DNA from: an uncultured delta proteobacterium
Lineage (GTDB): Bacteria; Myxococcota_A; Polyangia; Haliangiales; Haliangiaceae
DNA length: 64,000 nt
Assembly (NCBI GenBank): GCA_963743525.1
Contig: CAVUQH010000003.1
Span: 480,001 to 544,000 of the forward strand
Direction of reading: 5' to 3'
The translations under genes and the position numbers were made by a program. Each line of letters starts with the position of its first letter. Position 1 is the stretch's first letter. The notes beneath the pieces are model-generated. The model made no database searches and had not been told where the DNA came from. It was given only the letters and a program-made list of their open reading frames with translations. Shown here piece after piece: positions 22,096 to 33,376 of this stretch.

Positions 22096-25000
22096 ATGCG
22101 CAAGAGAATCGCCATTCTCGGCGGCGGCATGTCGTCGCTCGTGACCGCCTTCGAGCTCACCCGGCATGCCGGGTGGCGCAGCCGCTACGATCTGACCGTC
22201 TACCAGGAGGGCTGGCGACTGGGCGGCAAGGGTGCCAGTGGACGCAACGCCGAGCTGGGCCAGCGCATCGAGGAGCACGGGCTGCACATCTTGTTCGGCT
22301 TCTACGACAACGCCTTTCGCGTGATGCGCGAGTGCTACGGCGAGCTCGGTCGCAACCCCAACCAGCCGCTGGCAACCTGGGACCAGGCGTTCGCGCCCCA
22401 GGACCTGGTGGTGATGGAAGAGCACATCGACGACGAGTGGGTCCCGTGGGCGATCAAGTTCCCGCGCAACGACGCCGTGCCCGGCGATCCCGGCGCCTTG
22501 CTCAGCCCGTGGGACTACGTGCTGATGTTGCTCGAATGGGCGTCCGAGGCCTTCTACGACCCCAAGGTCGGCCCGGTCTCGGGGCTGTCCAAGCAGGCCG
22601 TCTTCGCCGCGCTGGGCACCGACCACCCGCGACTGCGCAACCTGGCCAACGAAGCAGTGGCCGGGGCGACGCCGTCGCGCGGGCGCAGCGGATTGCTCGA
22701 CGAGCTGCGCCACGTGTGGAACGTGCTGGTCGGCGGCGCCAGCGCTGCGCTCGATCTGGTCAGCAAAGAGATGTCCGAGGCGCTGCACCTGGCGCTGGCG
22801 GTGGCGCTGGCCCGGGCGCTGCCGGCCGACACCACCCGGCACGCCGCCAGCGATCACCGGCTGGTGATCGGGCTGGTCAACCGATTCCGCGACTGGCTGG
22901 GCGGGCTGGTGGATGGCACCAACCTGCGCCGCCTGCGCGTCGTCGTCGATTTCACCCTGGCGATGGTGCGCGGGCTGATCGAGGACGGCGTCGTCCTTCC
23001 GCCCCACGACTACTTCGCCCTCGACACGATGGACCTGCGCGCCTGGCTGGCCAAACACGGCGCCAGCGAAGAGACGCTCGATTCGCCGGTGGTCAAGGGG
23101 CCGTACGACGCCGCCTTTGCCGGCTTCACCCAGGTCGGTGCCGGCACCGGCGTCCACGGCATCCTGCGCATGGCCTTCACCTACAAGGGCGCGGTGCTGT
23201 GGAAGATGCAGGCGGGGATGGGCGACACCATCTTCGCGCCGCTGTACCAGGTGTTGCGCCGGCGAGGCGTGAAATTCGAGTACTTCCACCAGGTCGACCG
23301 ACTCGAGCTGTCGGCGGACAAGAAGCGGGTCGAGCGGGTGCACATGACCGTGCAGGCCGAGACCGTGGACGGCGCCGACTACCGGCCACTGGTCGACGTC
23401 AAAGGGCTGCCGTGCTGGCCCGACCGACCGCACTACGACCAGCTGGTCCAGGGCGACGAGCTGCGCCACAGCGGCGCCGACCTCGAGGATTGGTGGACTA
23501 CCTGGCCCGGCGTGGGCAAGAAGGTGATCGAGGCCGACCGCGACTTCGACCAGGTGGTGCTGGGCATCTCCGTCGGCGCGCTGCCGTACATCTGCCGCGA
23601 GCTGTGCGACGACGACGCCAACCCGCGCTTCGGCGCCATGGTCGAGCACGTTCAGACCACGCAGACCCGGGCGGCACAGCTGTGGTTCCGGCCCGACCTC
23701 GCCGGCCTCGGCTGGCAGGGCGACTCGCCGATCGTCATCCCGTACGCCGAGCCGTTCGACACCTGGGCGGACATGACCCACCTGTTGTCGCGCGAGGACT
23801 GGCCCGAGGACGCCGTCGCGACGCTGGCCTATCTCTGTTCGCCGCTGCCCGACGACGAGCCGATCCCGCCGCGCGACGATCACGACTACCCGGCACGCCA
23901 GCGCCAGCGCGTGCACGAGGAGCTGGAGCAGTGGCTGCGCCGCTACGCCGGCGGCCTGTGGCCGACCGCCACCGACACCGACGATCCTCGCGCGCTCAAT
24001 CCGTGGTTCCTGTTCGACCCCGACGATCGCGAAGGCTGGGCGCGCCTGGCGGCGCAGTACTGGCGGGCCACCGTCAGCCCGTCCGAGCGCTACGTCCTGT
24101 CGGTGCCGGGCAGCGTCTTCCACCGGCTGGCGCCGGACGAGTCCGGCTACGACAACCTGGTGCTGACCGGCGATTGGACCAAGAACTTCATGAGCGTCGG
24201 CTGCCTGGAATGCGCGGTCGCCGCCGGCTTGCTTGCCGCGCGGGCGATCGATCCGCGCGTCCGCGCCGCGCTGGGCGACTGGCTCTCCGGGGTGCAAACG
24301 ACGATCGATCGGCGCACGGCGCCGGTGCACGCGCCACCGGCGCCGCAGCTGCCGCAGTGGATCGCGCGCGACAACGATCAGATCGCGTTCGCCCCGGTGG
24401 GCATCGACGTCACCGTCTACATGTTCTTGCTGCCCGCCGACTACGACAAGCTGACGGCGGTGTGCAACCAGCAGCTGAACCGCGGCGACACCTTCTACCA
24501 GCCGCTGGCGCCTTTCGTTTGCCTGTACGCGGCGCGGGTCAACAACTACCCGCAGGTGCATCCGATCGGCTGGGTGCCGGAGCTCGACTTCGGCGTGTGG
24601 GTGCCGCTGCTCGCCGGGCCGCGCCACGGGCCTACGTTCGTTCCCGATCGGGTGGTCACCTACACGCCGTACATCTGGGTCGACAACGGCGTGGCGCTGA
24701 TCGGCGGTCGCACGGTGTTCGGCTTCGTCAAAGAGCTGGGCTACATGAGCATGCCCAGCACGCCGGGCGACGCCGCGCACTTCACCCTCGACAGCCTGGT
24801 GGTGCCGAAATACGGTCCGGACGCCAGGGCCGAGCAGCGGCGTGTGCTCGAGATCGAGCACACTGGCGATCGCATCTGGCCCGAGCTCGAGGCGCTGTGG
24901 CACGGCGGCGAGGCGCTGCTCGACGGCGCCGCCGATGAGGTCGAAGCGCTGTTCCGCGGCCACACCGCGCTGCCGATCCCGACCTTTGGCGGCGCGCGCA

Positions 25001-25320
25001 AGCTGCTTGCGCAGATGACTCACGGCATGCGCATGGTGTTCCTCAAGCAGTTCCCGGACGACCACCAGCCCGAACGCGCCTGCTATCAGGCGGTGGTCGA
25101 GGCCGATCTACCGATCACCGGCGACGTCCACGGCGGCTGGCTGTCGGGCGACTACGAAGTGCGCCTGCACCGCTACGACAGCGTGCGCATCGTCGATACC
25201 CTGGGCCTGCGCGCGGACCGCGACGACGGCGACGTCAGCATCCACCACCCGGCGGTGCACGGCTGGTCGCGATTCCGCGCCGAGGTCAAGCCCGGCACGG
25301 TCATCTGGAAGCGCCCCTGA
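22096..25320 (+). CDS. FAD/NAD(P)-dependent oxidoreductase (carotenoid-desaturase/amine-oxidase-like) fused to an acetoacetate-decarboxylase-like domain
   Basis: IAILGGG, LGGKGAS, IEEHGLHILFGFYDN, NLVLTGDWT...GCLECAV..G. C-terminal ~320 aa with YIWVDN..A...GRTVFGFVKE and LKQFP. Confidence 0.8.
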   Translation: MRKRIAILGGGMSSLVTAFELTRHAGWRSRYDLTVYQEGWRLGGKGASGRNAELGQRIEEHGLHILFGFYDNAFRVMRECYGELGRNPNQPLATWDQAFAPQDLVVMEEHIDDEWVPWAIKFPRNDAVPGDPGALLSPWDYVLMLLEWASEAFYDPKVGPVSGLSKQAVFAALGTDHPRLRNLANEAVAGATPSRGRSGLLDELRHVWNVLVGGASAALDLVSKEMSEALHLALAVALARALPADTTRHAASDHRLVIGLVNRFRDWLGGLVDGTNLRRLRVVVDFTLAMVRGLIEDGVVLPPHDYFALDTMDLRAWLAKHGASEETLDSPVVKGPYDAAFAGFTQVGAGTGVHGILRMAFTYKGAVLWKMQAGMGDTIFAPLYQVLRRRGVKFEYFHQVDRLELSADKKRVERVHMTVQAETVDGADYRPLVDVKGLPCWPDRPHYDQLVQGDELRHSGADLEDWWTTWPGVGKKVIEADRDFDQVVLGISVGALPYICRELCDDDANPRFGAMVEHVQTTQTRAAQLWFRPDLAGLGWQGDSPIVIPYAEPFDTWADMTHLLSREDWPEDAVATLAYLCSPLPDDEPIPPRDDHDYPARQRQRVHEELEQWLRRYAGGLWPTATDTDDPRALNPWFLFDPDDREGWARLAAQYWRATVSPSERYVLSVPGSVFHRLAPDESGYDNLVLTGDWTKNFMSVGCLECAVAAGLLAARAIDPRVRAALGDWLSGVQTTIDRRTAPVHAPPAPQLPQWIARDNDQIAFAPVGIDVTVYMFLLPADYDKLTAVCNQQLNRGDTFYQPLAPFVCLYAARVNNYPQVHPIGWVPELDFGVWVPLLAGPRHGPTFVPDRVVTYTPYIWVDNGVALIGGRTVFGFVKELGYMSMPSTPGDAAHFTLDSLVVPKYGPDARAEQRRVLEIEHTGDRIWPELEALWHGGEALLDGAADEVEALFRGHTALPIPTFGGARKLLAQMTHGMRMVFLKQFPDDHQPERACYQAVVEADLPITGDVHGGWLSGDYEVRLHRYDSVRIVDTLGLRADRDDGDVSIHHPAVHGWSRFRAEVKPGTVIWKRP

Positions 25321-25323
25321 TCG

Positions 25324-25731
25324 TCAGGTGGTGGGCGGCGTCAGGCGGCCGGTGATGCTGTCAACGCCCGCCTTCCACTCGGCGAAGGCGTCGGTGTCGC
25401 GCCACAGCTCGAGCAGCTCGCTGTCGGCCGACAACACGCGGCCCAGGGCGGTGCGCGCCAGCTCGACCAGGTCGACGCCGATGGCCGGCTCCGACTGCAG
25501 GAACTCGGTGACCTCGTCGGGCAGGTCGCCGGGCGGCGGCTGGCCCAGCGACGCGGCGATCACCTCGGCGGCGGCGACGGCGCAACAGGCGTCGGACGCT
25601 TCGAGGTAGCCGTCCTGCGCGACCACGGCCTCGAGAGTCTCGCGGATGGCGCCGACGCCCGACTCCTCGAGCTCGTAGACCCAGTCGAGGGCGTCGTCGT
25701 TGCCGAAGCTGCCGCTGCTCCAGGCACCCAT
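25324..25731 (-). CDS. DUF4259-like protein
   Basis: MGAWSSGSFGNDDALDW...AAAE...SELLELW...W signature. Confidence 0.8.
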   Translation of the reverse strand: MGAWSSGSFGNDDALDWVYELEESGVGAIRETLEAVVAQDGYLEASDACCAVAAAEVIAASLGQPPPGDLPDEVTEFLQSEPAIGVDLVELARTALGRVLSADSELLELWRDTDAFAEWKAGVDSITGRLTPPTT

Positions 25732-25756
25732 GCAGCCGATGGTAGCAGAGCGGTCG

Positions 25757-26766
25757 CTACTCCGCGACGGCGTGCTCGGCACGGTAGTCGGCGAGCATCC
25801 GCTGCACCGATCGCAGCAGGGCACCGGGAACGATCTCGTCGGGCAGACCGGTGCGCGCTCGCCGCGCGGCGTCGAAGAACTGGGCGCGGAACTGCCGCGA
25901 TACCTCGATGGTGCGCACCCCGCGCCGGGCGAATACCCCGCCAAGCAGTGCGGCGTCGTCGCGGCGGCCGAGCTCGTCGACCCGCATCGCCAGGCGGTTG
26001 GCTTCTTCGCGCAGCAGCCGGCGGTCGGCGGGAGAGATGCGGTCGACTGCCCGCTGGGTGACCAGCACGCAGCCGATGAGGAAGTCGCCGCGCAGGTCGG
26101 TGATGTTGGGCGCCAGCGAGAACCACTGGAACGCCAGCGCCGCCGACGGAATGACGAAGAAGGCGTCGATGGTGCCCTTCTCGAAGGCGTGGGCCCCTTC
26201 GGCCAGCGGCAGCGGAACCGGCGCCAGACCCATCCGCCGCTCGACCGCGGCGGCGACATCGTCCAGGCCCCAGGCCCAGAACTTGGCCGCCTCGAGCTCC
26301 TTCATGGTCCGGATCGGCTTGCGCGAGAAGATCACCGCCGGGCCCAGGCCGGAGTAGCCGAGCATCTCGAAGCCGGCGTTGTGCGCCTCGCTGATCAGCT
26401 GCGGGCGCAGGCGGTCGGCGACGTAGGCGGCCTCGTCGCGGCTCTGAAAGGTGCCGACGACGCGGAAGACGCGCATGGTCGGCATCACCTGGCTGCACAT
26501 CATTCCGCCCGAGGCGGTGCCGTCCAGTTGACCGCGGCCGATTCGCGCGGCGACCTCGGTCTCGGTGCCAGCCACGCCGCCCCAATACCAGCGCACGCGC
26601 ACGCGGCCGTCGGTGCGCCGCGACACCACCTGGGCGAACGCGCGCAGCTCTTTGGACCAGCCGCTGCCGTCGGGCGCGACCGTGGCCAGCCGCAGGGTCA
26701 CCTGCGCCCGCGCCGGGACCGACCACGCCACCAGCGCGACGGCGATCGCCGCCAGCAGCGCGCGCT

Positions 26767-26770
<4 letters not shown>
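25757..26770 (-). CDS. dctP: TRAP transporter substrate-binding protein (DctP family)
   Basis: Signal peptide, LRLATVAPDGSGW, YWGGVAG.E, GQLDG, SRKPIRT. Start uncertain: the in-frame codon at the overlap with the upstream stop is CTG. Confidence 0.8.
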
Positions 26771-28593
<1,823 letters not shown>

Positions 28594-28739
28594 TGGGGGA
28601 CCGCACGAAATCAACCGTCCCGACCAGCCGATCGCGTTTCGTGCCGTTAATTCCAGCGTAGCATCTCGAATGCTACTGGCATGTTGCGTCTACGAGTTGA
28701 CTGGTCGCGAAGCAGATAGTGCGGCGTAACCAACGTCAT

Positions 28740-28765
28740 GCCGGCTACGAATAATCGTAGCCGGC
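28740..28765. terminator. Perfect 11-bp hairpin just downstream of the beta-barrel gene
   Basis: GCCGGCTACGA-ATAA-TCGTAGCCGGC. No clear U-tract. Confidence 0.5.
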
Positions 28766-28775
28766 GCACCTTCTC

Positions 28776-29315
28776 CTACCAGAAGAAGTAGGAGACACCG
28801 AGAGTGCTGACCAGATCGCCAACCAGACCGAACGCGGTTTGGTCTGGCGCCGCGCCACCGCTGTCGGCGATGAGGATGCCGACCCCGACCCCGGCATCGA
28901 GGGCGACGTTGCGCGTCAGCCAGGCGCGAATGCGCCCGCCGATCTCGAGGTGAGTGCTGGTGTCGGCGGCGACCGGTCCGTCGGGATTGTTGTTGAGGAT
29001 CTCCAGGCCGCCGCCGAGCGCGAAGTCGGAGCTCGAGCCGTGGTGGACCGGAAAGTAGAAGCGTCCGCCGATGCCGACGACGTTGGCGCCATTCTCGACG
29101 TTGAGGAACGTCAGCATGCCGCCGGCGTAGAAGGTGCCGGAGTCGTAGGTCACGGTGACGCCGCCGGGGTAGGCACCGCCGGTGTAGTTGGTCAGCCCGC
29201 CCGTGAGCATGGTCTCGACGCCGACGCCGACGCCGGATTTTTGTGCCCGGGCGGAGCCCGCCATGACACCGAGGAAGGATGCGATCGCGACGATCATCAG
29301 GGTGTGCTTGCGCAT
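28776..29315 (-). CDS. Small outer-membrane beta-barrel protein
   Basis: Signal peptide ending ARA-Q, alternating amphipathic Gly/aromatic strands, C-terminal LGVSYFFW. Confidence 0.75.
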   Translation of the reverse strand: MRKHTLMIVAIASFLGVMAGSARAQKSGVGVGVETMLTGGLTNYTGGAYPGGVTVTYDSGTFYAGGMLTFLNVENGANVVGIGGRFYFPVHHGSSSDFALGGGLEILNNNPDGPVAADTSTHLEIGGRIRAWLTRNVALDAGVGVGILIADSGGAAPDQTAFGLVGDLVSTLGVSYFFW

Positions 29316-29375
29316 GGCCGGAGCATACGGGGTCCGGCTGACGCCGGCGCCGCGGCGGACTATGATGCGGGCTCC

Positions 29376-30836
29376 GTGCCCGAGGAAGACGCCAGCCGTC
29401 GCGCCGAGATCGATCCCCACGCCGAAACCGTGGGGACGCCGCCCGGTGCCGTCGCCACTGACGCGACCCTCACCGACGCCGGCCGTGGTTCAGCACCGCC
29501 CACCGTCGGGTTGACCGGGCAAAACCTGGCGCACTTTCGGTTGGACGCGCTGATCGGCAAGGGCGGCATGGGCGAGGTCTACCGCGCGACCGACCTGTCG
29601 CTCGATCGCGTGGTCGCGATCAAGGTGCTGCCGCCGGCGGTCGCCCAGGACCCGCGGTTGCGCGCGCGCTTCTTTCGCGAGGCCCGGGCGCAGGCGCGCA
29701 TTCAGCACCCCAACGTCTGCCACATCTATTACATCGGCGAGGAGCAGGGGCTGGTCTTCTTCGCCATGGAGCACATCGACGGCGAGAGCGTGGCCCAGCG
29801 TTTGGCGCGCGGGCCGCTGCCGGTTGACGACGCGCTGGAGATCGCGCGCATGGCGGCGCTGGGGCTGCGCGAAGCGAATCGCCACGGCTTCACCCACCGC
29901 GACGTCAAACCGTCGAACCTGATGCTGGGCACCGACGGCGCGGTCAAGCTGGTCGACTTCGGCCTGGTCACCGAAGGAACCACGGCTCGCGAGGGTGCGG
30001 TGCCGGCCACCGGCGCCGTCGACAAGACCGCAGTGGTCGGTACGCCGCTGTACATGGCGCCGGAGCAGGCGCGCGGCGACGCGGTCGACTCCCGCGCCGA
30101 CGTCTATGCGCTGGGCGCCACCCTGCACCACATGGTCGCGGGGGCGCCGCCGTTCACCGGCGACACGCCGATGGATCTGGTGTCGCGCCACCTCACCGAG
30201 GCGCGGCCGCGGATCGTCGCGCGGCGGCGCCGCCGCGGTCCGGCGCCGGTCGACGTGCTGTGCGACCGGATGATGGCCAAGCAGCCGGACGATCGCTTCG
30301 CCGACTACGACGAGCTGGTCATCGCCCTCGAAGATGCCTCGCCCGCGCGCACGCGAGCCGCCGGCTTCTGGGTGCGCGCGTTCGCCGCGACCATCGATCT
30401 GTTGCTCGTGCGGCTGGCGGTGGTGCCGATCGAGCTGGTGGCGCCGTTCGACATCACGCCGCTCTACGGCCTGGTGTTCTTCCTCTACTGCGTCATCGGC
30501 CACGGTCGCTTCGGCCGCACCGTGGGCAAGGCGACCCTGGAGATCGAGGTGGTGCGAGTCGGCCGCCGCGGCCCACCCGGCTTCGGCGTCGCCGCGCTTC
30601 GCTTCGGCGCCGAGTGGGGGCTGCTCTACACCGCCTTCGCTGCCGCCTACCTGGTCAGCTACGTCGCCGGCGGTGACTCGATGATCGCCAACGTCTTCGG
30701 CGTCATCGCGGTGGCCATCATGCTGATCCTCTACCCGCTCGAGGGCGCGCTCAGCGCCTGGATGACCGCCGACAAGCGGACCTTCTGGGACCGCGCCACC
30801 GGCACGCGAGTCTGCTACCGCCGCCTGCGCGACTAG
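29376..30836 (+). CDS. Ser/Thr kinase fused to a C-terminal RDD membrane domain
   Basis: IGKGGMG, HRDVKPSN, DFG, GTPLYMAPE, then AGFWVRAFAATID...GRTVGK....IEVV...KRTFWDRATGTRV. Confidence 0.9.
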   Translation: MPEEDASRRAEIDPHAETVGTPPGAVATDATLTDAGRGSAPPTVGLTGQNLAHFRLDALIGKGGMGEVYRATDLSLDRVVAIKVLPPAVAQDPRLRARFFREARAQARIQHPNVCHIYYIGEEQGLVFFAMEHIDGESVAQRLARGPLPVDDALEIARMAALGLREANRHGFTHRDVKPSNLMLGTDGAVKLVDFGLVTEGTTAREGAVPATGAVDKTAVVGTPLYMAPEQARGDAVDSRADVYALGATLHHMVAGAPPFTGDTPMDLVSRHLTEARPRIVARRRRRGPAPVDVLCDRMMAKQPDDRFADYDELVIALEDASPARTRAAGFWVRAFAATIDLLLVRLAVVPIELVAPFDITPLYGLVFFLYCVIGHGRFGRTVGKATLEIEVVRVGRRGPPGFGVAALRFGAEWGLLYTAFAAAYLVSYVAGGDSMIANVFGVIAVAIMLILYPLEGALSAWMTADKRTFWDRATGTRVCYRRLRD

Positions 30837-30839
30837 ACA

Positions 30840-30974
30840 CAAACGCCTGGATCGGGAGCCGAATGTCGCCGCCCGCCTTTGGTGAGGGCGGACGAAATTC
30901 GGCTCCTTTCCATCCGTTTGGGTTTGGTTCTCTACCTTCGTGGTTTTCCACGATGACGCATTTTCAATGCGTCA
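30840..30974. other. Highly structured intergenic element (candidate ncRNA or compound terminator)
   Basis: Long interrupted hairpin 30840-30920 and two short hairpins, 30939-30952 and 30954-30974, between convergent stop codons. Confidence 0.5.
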
Positions 30975-30987
30975 CTGTCTTGGCGCG

Positions 30988-31590
30988 CTACCAGTGCTTG
31001 GGCGCCAGCGAGCGGCACGCCTTCTCGAAGGCGTCGACCGCTTCCACTGCCCGTCCGGCGAGCAGGGCGCGGCAGTAGAAGTAGTGGGTGCCGTCGGGCT
31101 TCCACCAGGCGGCGGCCACCGTCGCCAGATTGCCGCGTTTGATCACGACCAGGCGAAAGCCGTCCTTCTTGTCGTCCACCGTCACCTGGCCGCCAAGCTC
31201 GATCTGCCGATCGAACTCGACCTTGTCGACGATCGGCGCCCACTCCTTCTTCTCGCACGCGCCGTCGCAGTTGGTCGACGCGGAGAAGCGGGTGGTGTCG
31301 CCCAGGTTCGCGCTCGCCGGCGGCTTCCAGCTGCCCGGCATGATCCCCTTGTCCCAGCCCACCGGCGCGGCGACCGTGAGCCGGCCGCGCGGGTCATCGG
31401 TCATGGCGAAGGTCAGCGTCGACTTCAGATCGGCGGGAACAGCGGCGTTGATCGCCGTCAGCGCGGTGTCGGCGGGTGCCGCCGCAGGTGCCTCGCCCTT
31501 GTCGCCAGCCTTGGCCTCGTCCGCTTTCTTGCCGCAACCAACGGCGACTGCCAGCGCAGCCACCACGAACCCCCACTGGCGTAGCTTCAT
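30988..31590 (-). CDS. Hypothetical lipoprotein
   Basis: MKLRQWGFVVAALAVAVGC lipobox, GC3-rich codons. Confidence 0.8.
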   Translation of the reverse strand: MKLRQWGFVVAALAVAVGCGKKADEAKAGDKGEAPAAAPADTALTAINAAVPADLKSTLTFAMTDDPRGRLTVAAPVGWDKGIMPGSWKPPASANLGDTTRFSASTNCDGACEKKEWAPIVDKVEFDRQIELGGQVTVDDKKDGFRLVVIKRGNLATVAAAWWKPDGTHYFYCRALLAGRAVEAVDAFEKACRSLAPKHW

Positions 31591-31600
31591 CGCCGTCAGG

Positions 31601-33376
31601 CTATTCTCCGTACCGCTCGCAGTAAAGCCCCTGCAGCCGATAGCGAGCACCCGTGCACTGCGGCACCGGAGCGATCAGCACGGCTATCGCAATACCCGCT
31701 ACTGCCGCGCAGGTGGCGAAAACCAGCGCCGCTCCGCGACCGCCGCCGGGCAGCGGCCGGCCGAACCGGCGCCACAGGTAGACCGCGGCGAAGGCGTGAG
31801 CAGCCAGGAAGACCGCCATCGCCGGGGCCAGCGGCAGCACGGCCGGCATGGTCGCACCGCCGTTGAACACCAGCTCGCGCACCAGCGCGGGGCTCAACAG
31901 GTAGCCCAGCGGCAGCGACGCCACGGCGAACAGCGCCACCGCCAGCTGCGCGCGCCGGGTCCAGACCATCGCGCCCAGGGCTGCGGCGACCAGCGCGATC
32001 GGCAGCGCCACCTCGGGGACGCCGAGCACGACCAGCGCCACCGCCACTGCCGACGGGGCGACGATCGCCGGCACCGCGAACCGGCCGGCGCCGACCGGTC
32101 GCAGCCAGCGCGCCAGCGCGTAGCCCAGCGCCACCGCGACCGCGGCGGCCAACGCGATCGCCGCCGCATAGGCGCGTCCGGGCGCGTGCACCCACGCCAT
32201 CGGGTGTCCGGTCAGCAGCCGCTGCAGGCGCAGGGCGCCGGCGACCGCCAGCCAGGCGACGGCGTAGATCGTCACCGTCGTGGCGATGCCCAGGGCGACG
32301 CCGACCCGCGACCCGCCGCGCCTGCGCCGGCGCCACAGCGGGACCAGGCCCGACAGCGCCGCCGCGATCAGCATCAGCTCGAGCGCGATCAACAGCGCCG
32401 TGGAGATGACCCGCGGTCCGCCCGGCAGCGGCAGCCACATTCCCGCCGGGCCGCCGGCCTCGGGCAGCGCCCCGGAGCGGCGCGTGACGGCCAGGAAGAA
32501 GCGGCCCGCGCGATCGACCGCCGGCCAGGCGACGCGATCGACGGTGTCGCCGCTGGCGTGATAGTCGAGGTAGATCCGCTGGTCGCCGCGACTGAAGATG
32601 TGCAGCGCGGGGATGTTTCGTTCCGTGAAGGCGCCGTGGTCCGAGCGCTCGGCCTGGGGCAGGAAGCGGCTGACCAGGCGGTGGGGGATGGGCGCGTGGA
32701 TGTCGCTGTCGCTGGCGCGGGCGGCCGCGGCCAGCCAGCGCAGCCAGTCCTGACCGATGCGCATGCTCAGGCCATTGAGGCTGACGTCGTCGGCGCCGCC
32801 GAGCAGATCGATCGAAATCGCCAGCCCCACCTGCCGCCCGAGGTCGCGGGCCAGCCCGTGGGCGCCGGCCAGGCGGCGCTCTTCGGCGGCGGTCCAGGCC
32901 AGGATCACCGGCCGCGCCGGCGGATCGGCCTCGAGCGCACGGCCCAGCTCGAGCAGCAGCGCCACCGCCACCGCGTTGTCGACCGCGCCGGGTGTGGTCG
33001 GCATCGAGTCGTAGTGACCCATGATCAGGATCGCCGGACCGCCAGCGCGGCCGGGGATGTGCGCCACCAGATTGGCGTCGGTCACCGTCTGCTCGACCTC
33101 CGGCGCGACGACCCGGCCGAATACGCGGATCGCCGGCGACACCACCCGGCCGACCGGCATCCGTTCGATCGCCAGGCCGTTCTCCCGTGCGCGGCGCTCG
33201 ATCCAGTCGGCGGCGGCGCGGCTGGCGTCGGTGTCCTGCGGGCGCGGACCGATGTCGGCGCTCAGGGTGCGGACGTCGGCGCGGATGCGGCCGAGATCCA
33301 GCTCTCCGGCGCGGGCGGAACCACTGCGCGCCAGCCACAGCGCGGCGGCGACGCAGACCAGGCGTCGCGCGCTCAC
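31601..33376 (-). CDS. M28 family metallopeptidase with a C-terminal multi-pass membrane domain
   Basis: GHYDS, GAVDNA, AEE, SDH, YH..GD motifs, then many TM helices. Confidence 0.88.
   Translation of the reverse strand: MSARRLVCVAAALWLARSGSARAGELDLGRIRADVRTLSADIGPRPQDTDASRAAADWIERRARENGLAIERMPVGRVVSPAIRVFGRVVAPEVEQTVTDANLVAHIPGRAGGPAILIMGHYDSMPTTPGAVDNAVAVALLLELGRALEADPPARPVILAWTAAEERRLAGAHGLARDLGRQVGLAISIDLLGGADDVSLNGLSMRIGQDWLRWLAAAARASDSDIHAPIPHRLVSRFLPQAERSDHGAFTERNIPALHIFSRGDQRIYLDYHASGDTVDRVAWPAVDRAGRFFLAVTRRSGALPEAGGPAGMWLPLPGGPRVISTALLIALELMLIAAALSGLVPLWRRRRRGGSRVGVALGIATTVTIYAVAWLAVAGALRLQRLLTGHPMAWVHAPGRAYAAAIALAAAVAVALGYALARWLRPVGAGRFAVPAIVAPSAVAVALVVLGVPEVALPIALVAAALGAMVWTRRAQLAVALFAVASLPLGYLLSPALVRELVFNGGATMPAVLPLAPAMAVFLAAHAFAAVYLWRRFGRPLPGGGRGAALVFATCAAVAGIAIAVLIAPVPQCTGARYRLQGLYCERYGE

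Noticed and set aside
21922..25065. Very long antisense or alternate-frame ORFs (e.g. 1991..3886, 21922..25065, 40340..42673, 46660..50352)
   Set aside because: Shadow ORFs expected in high-GC DNA, lying opposite genes that carry clear family motifs.
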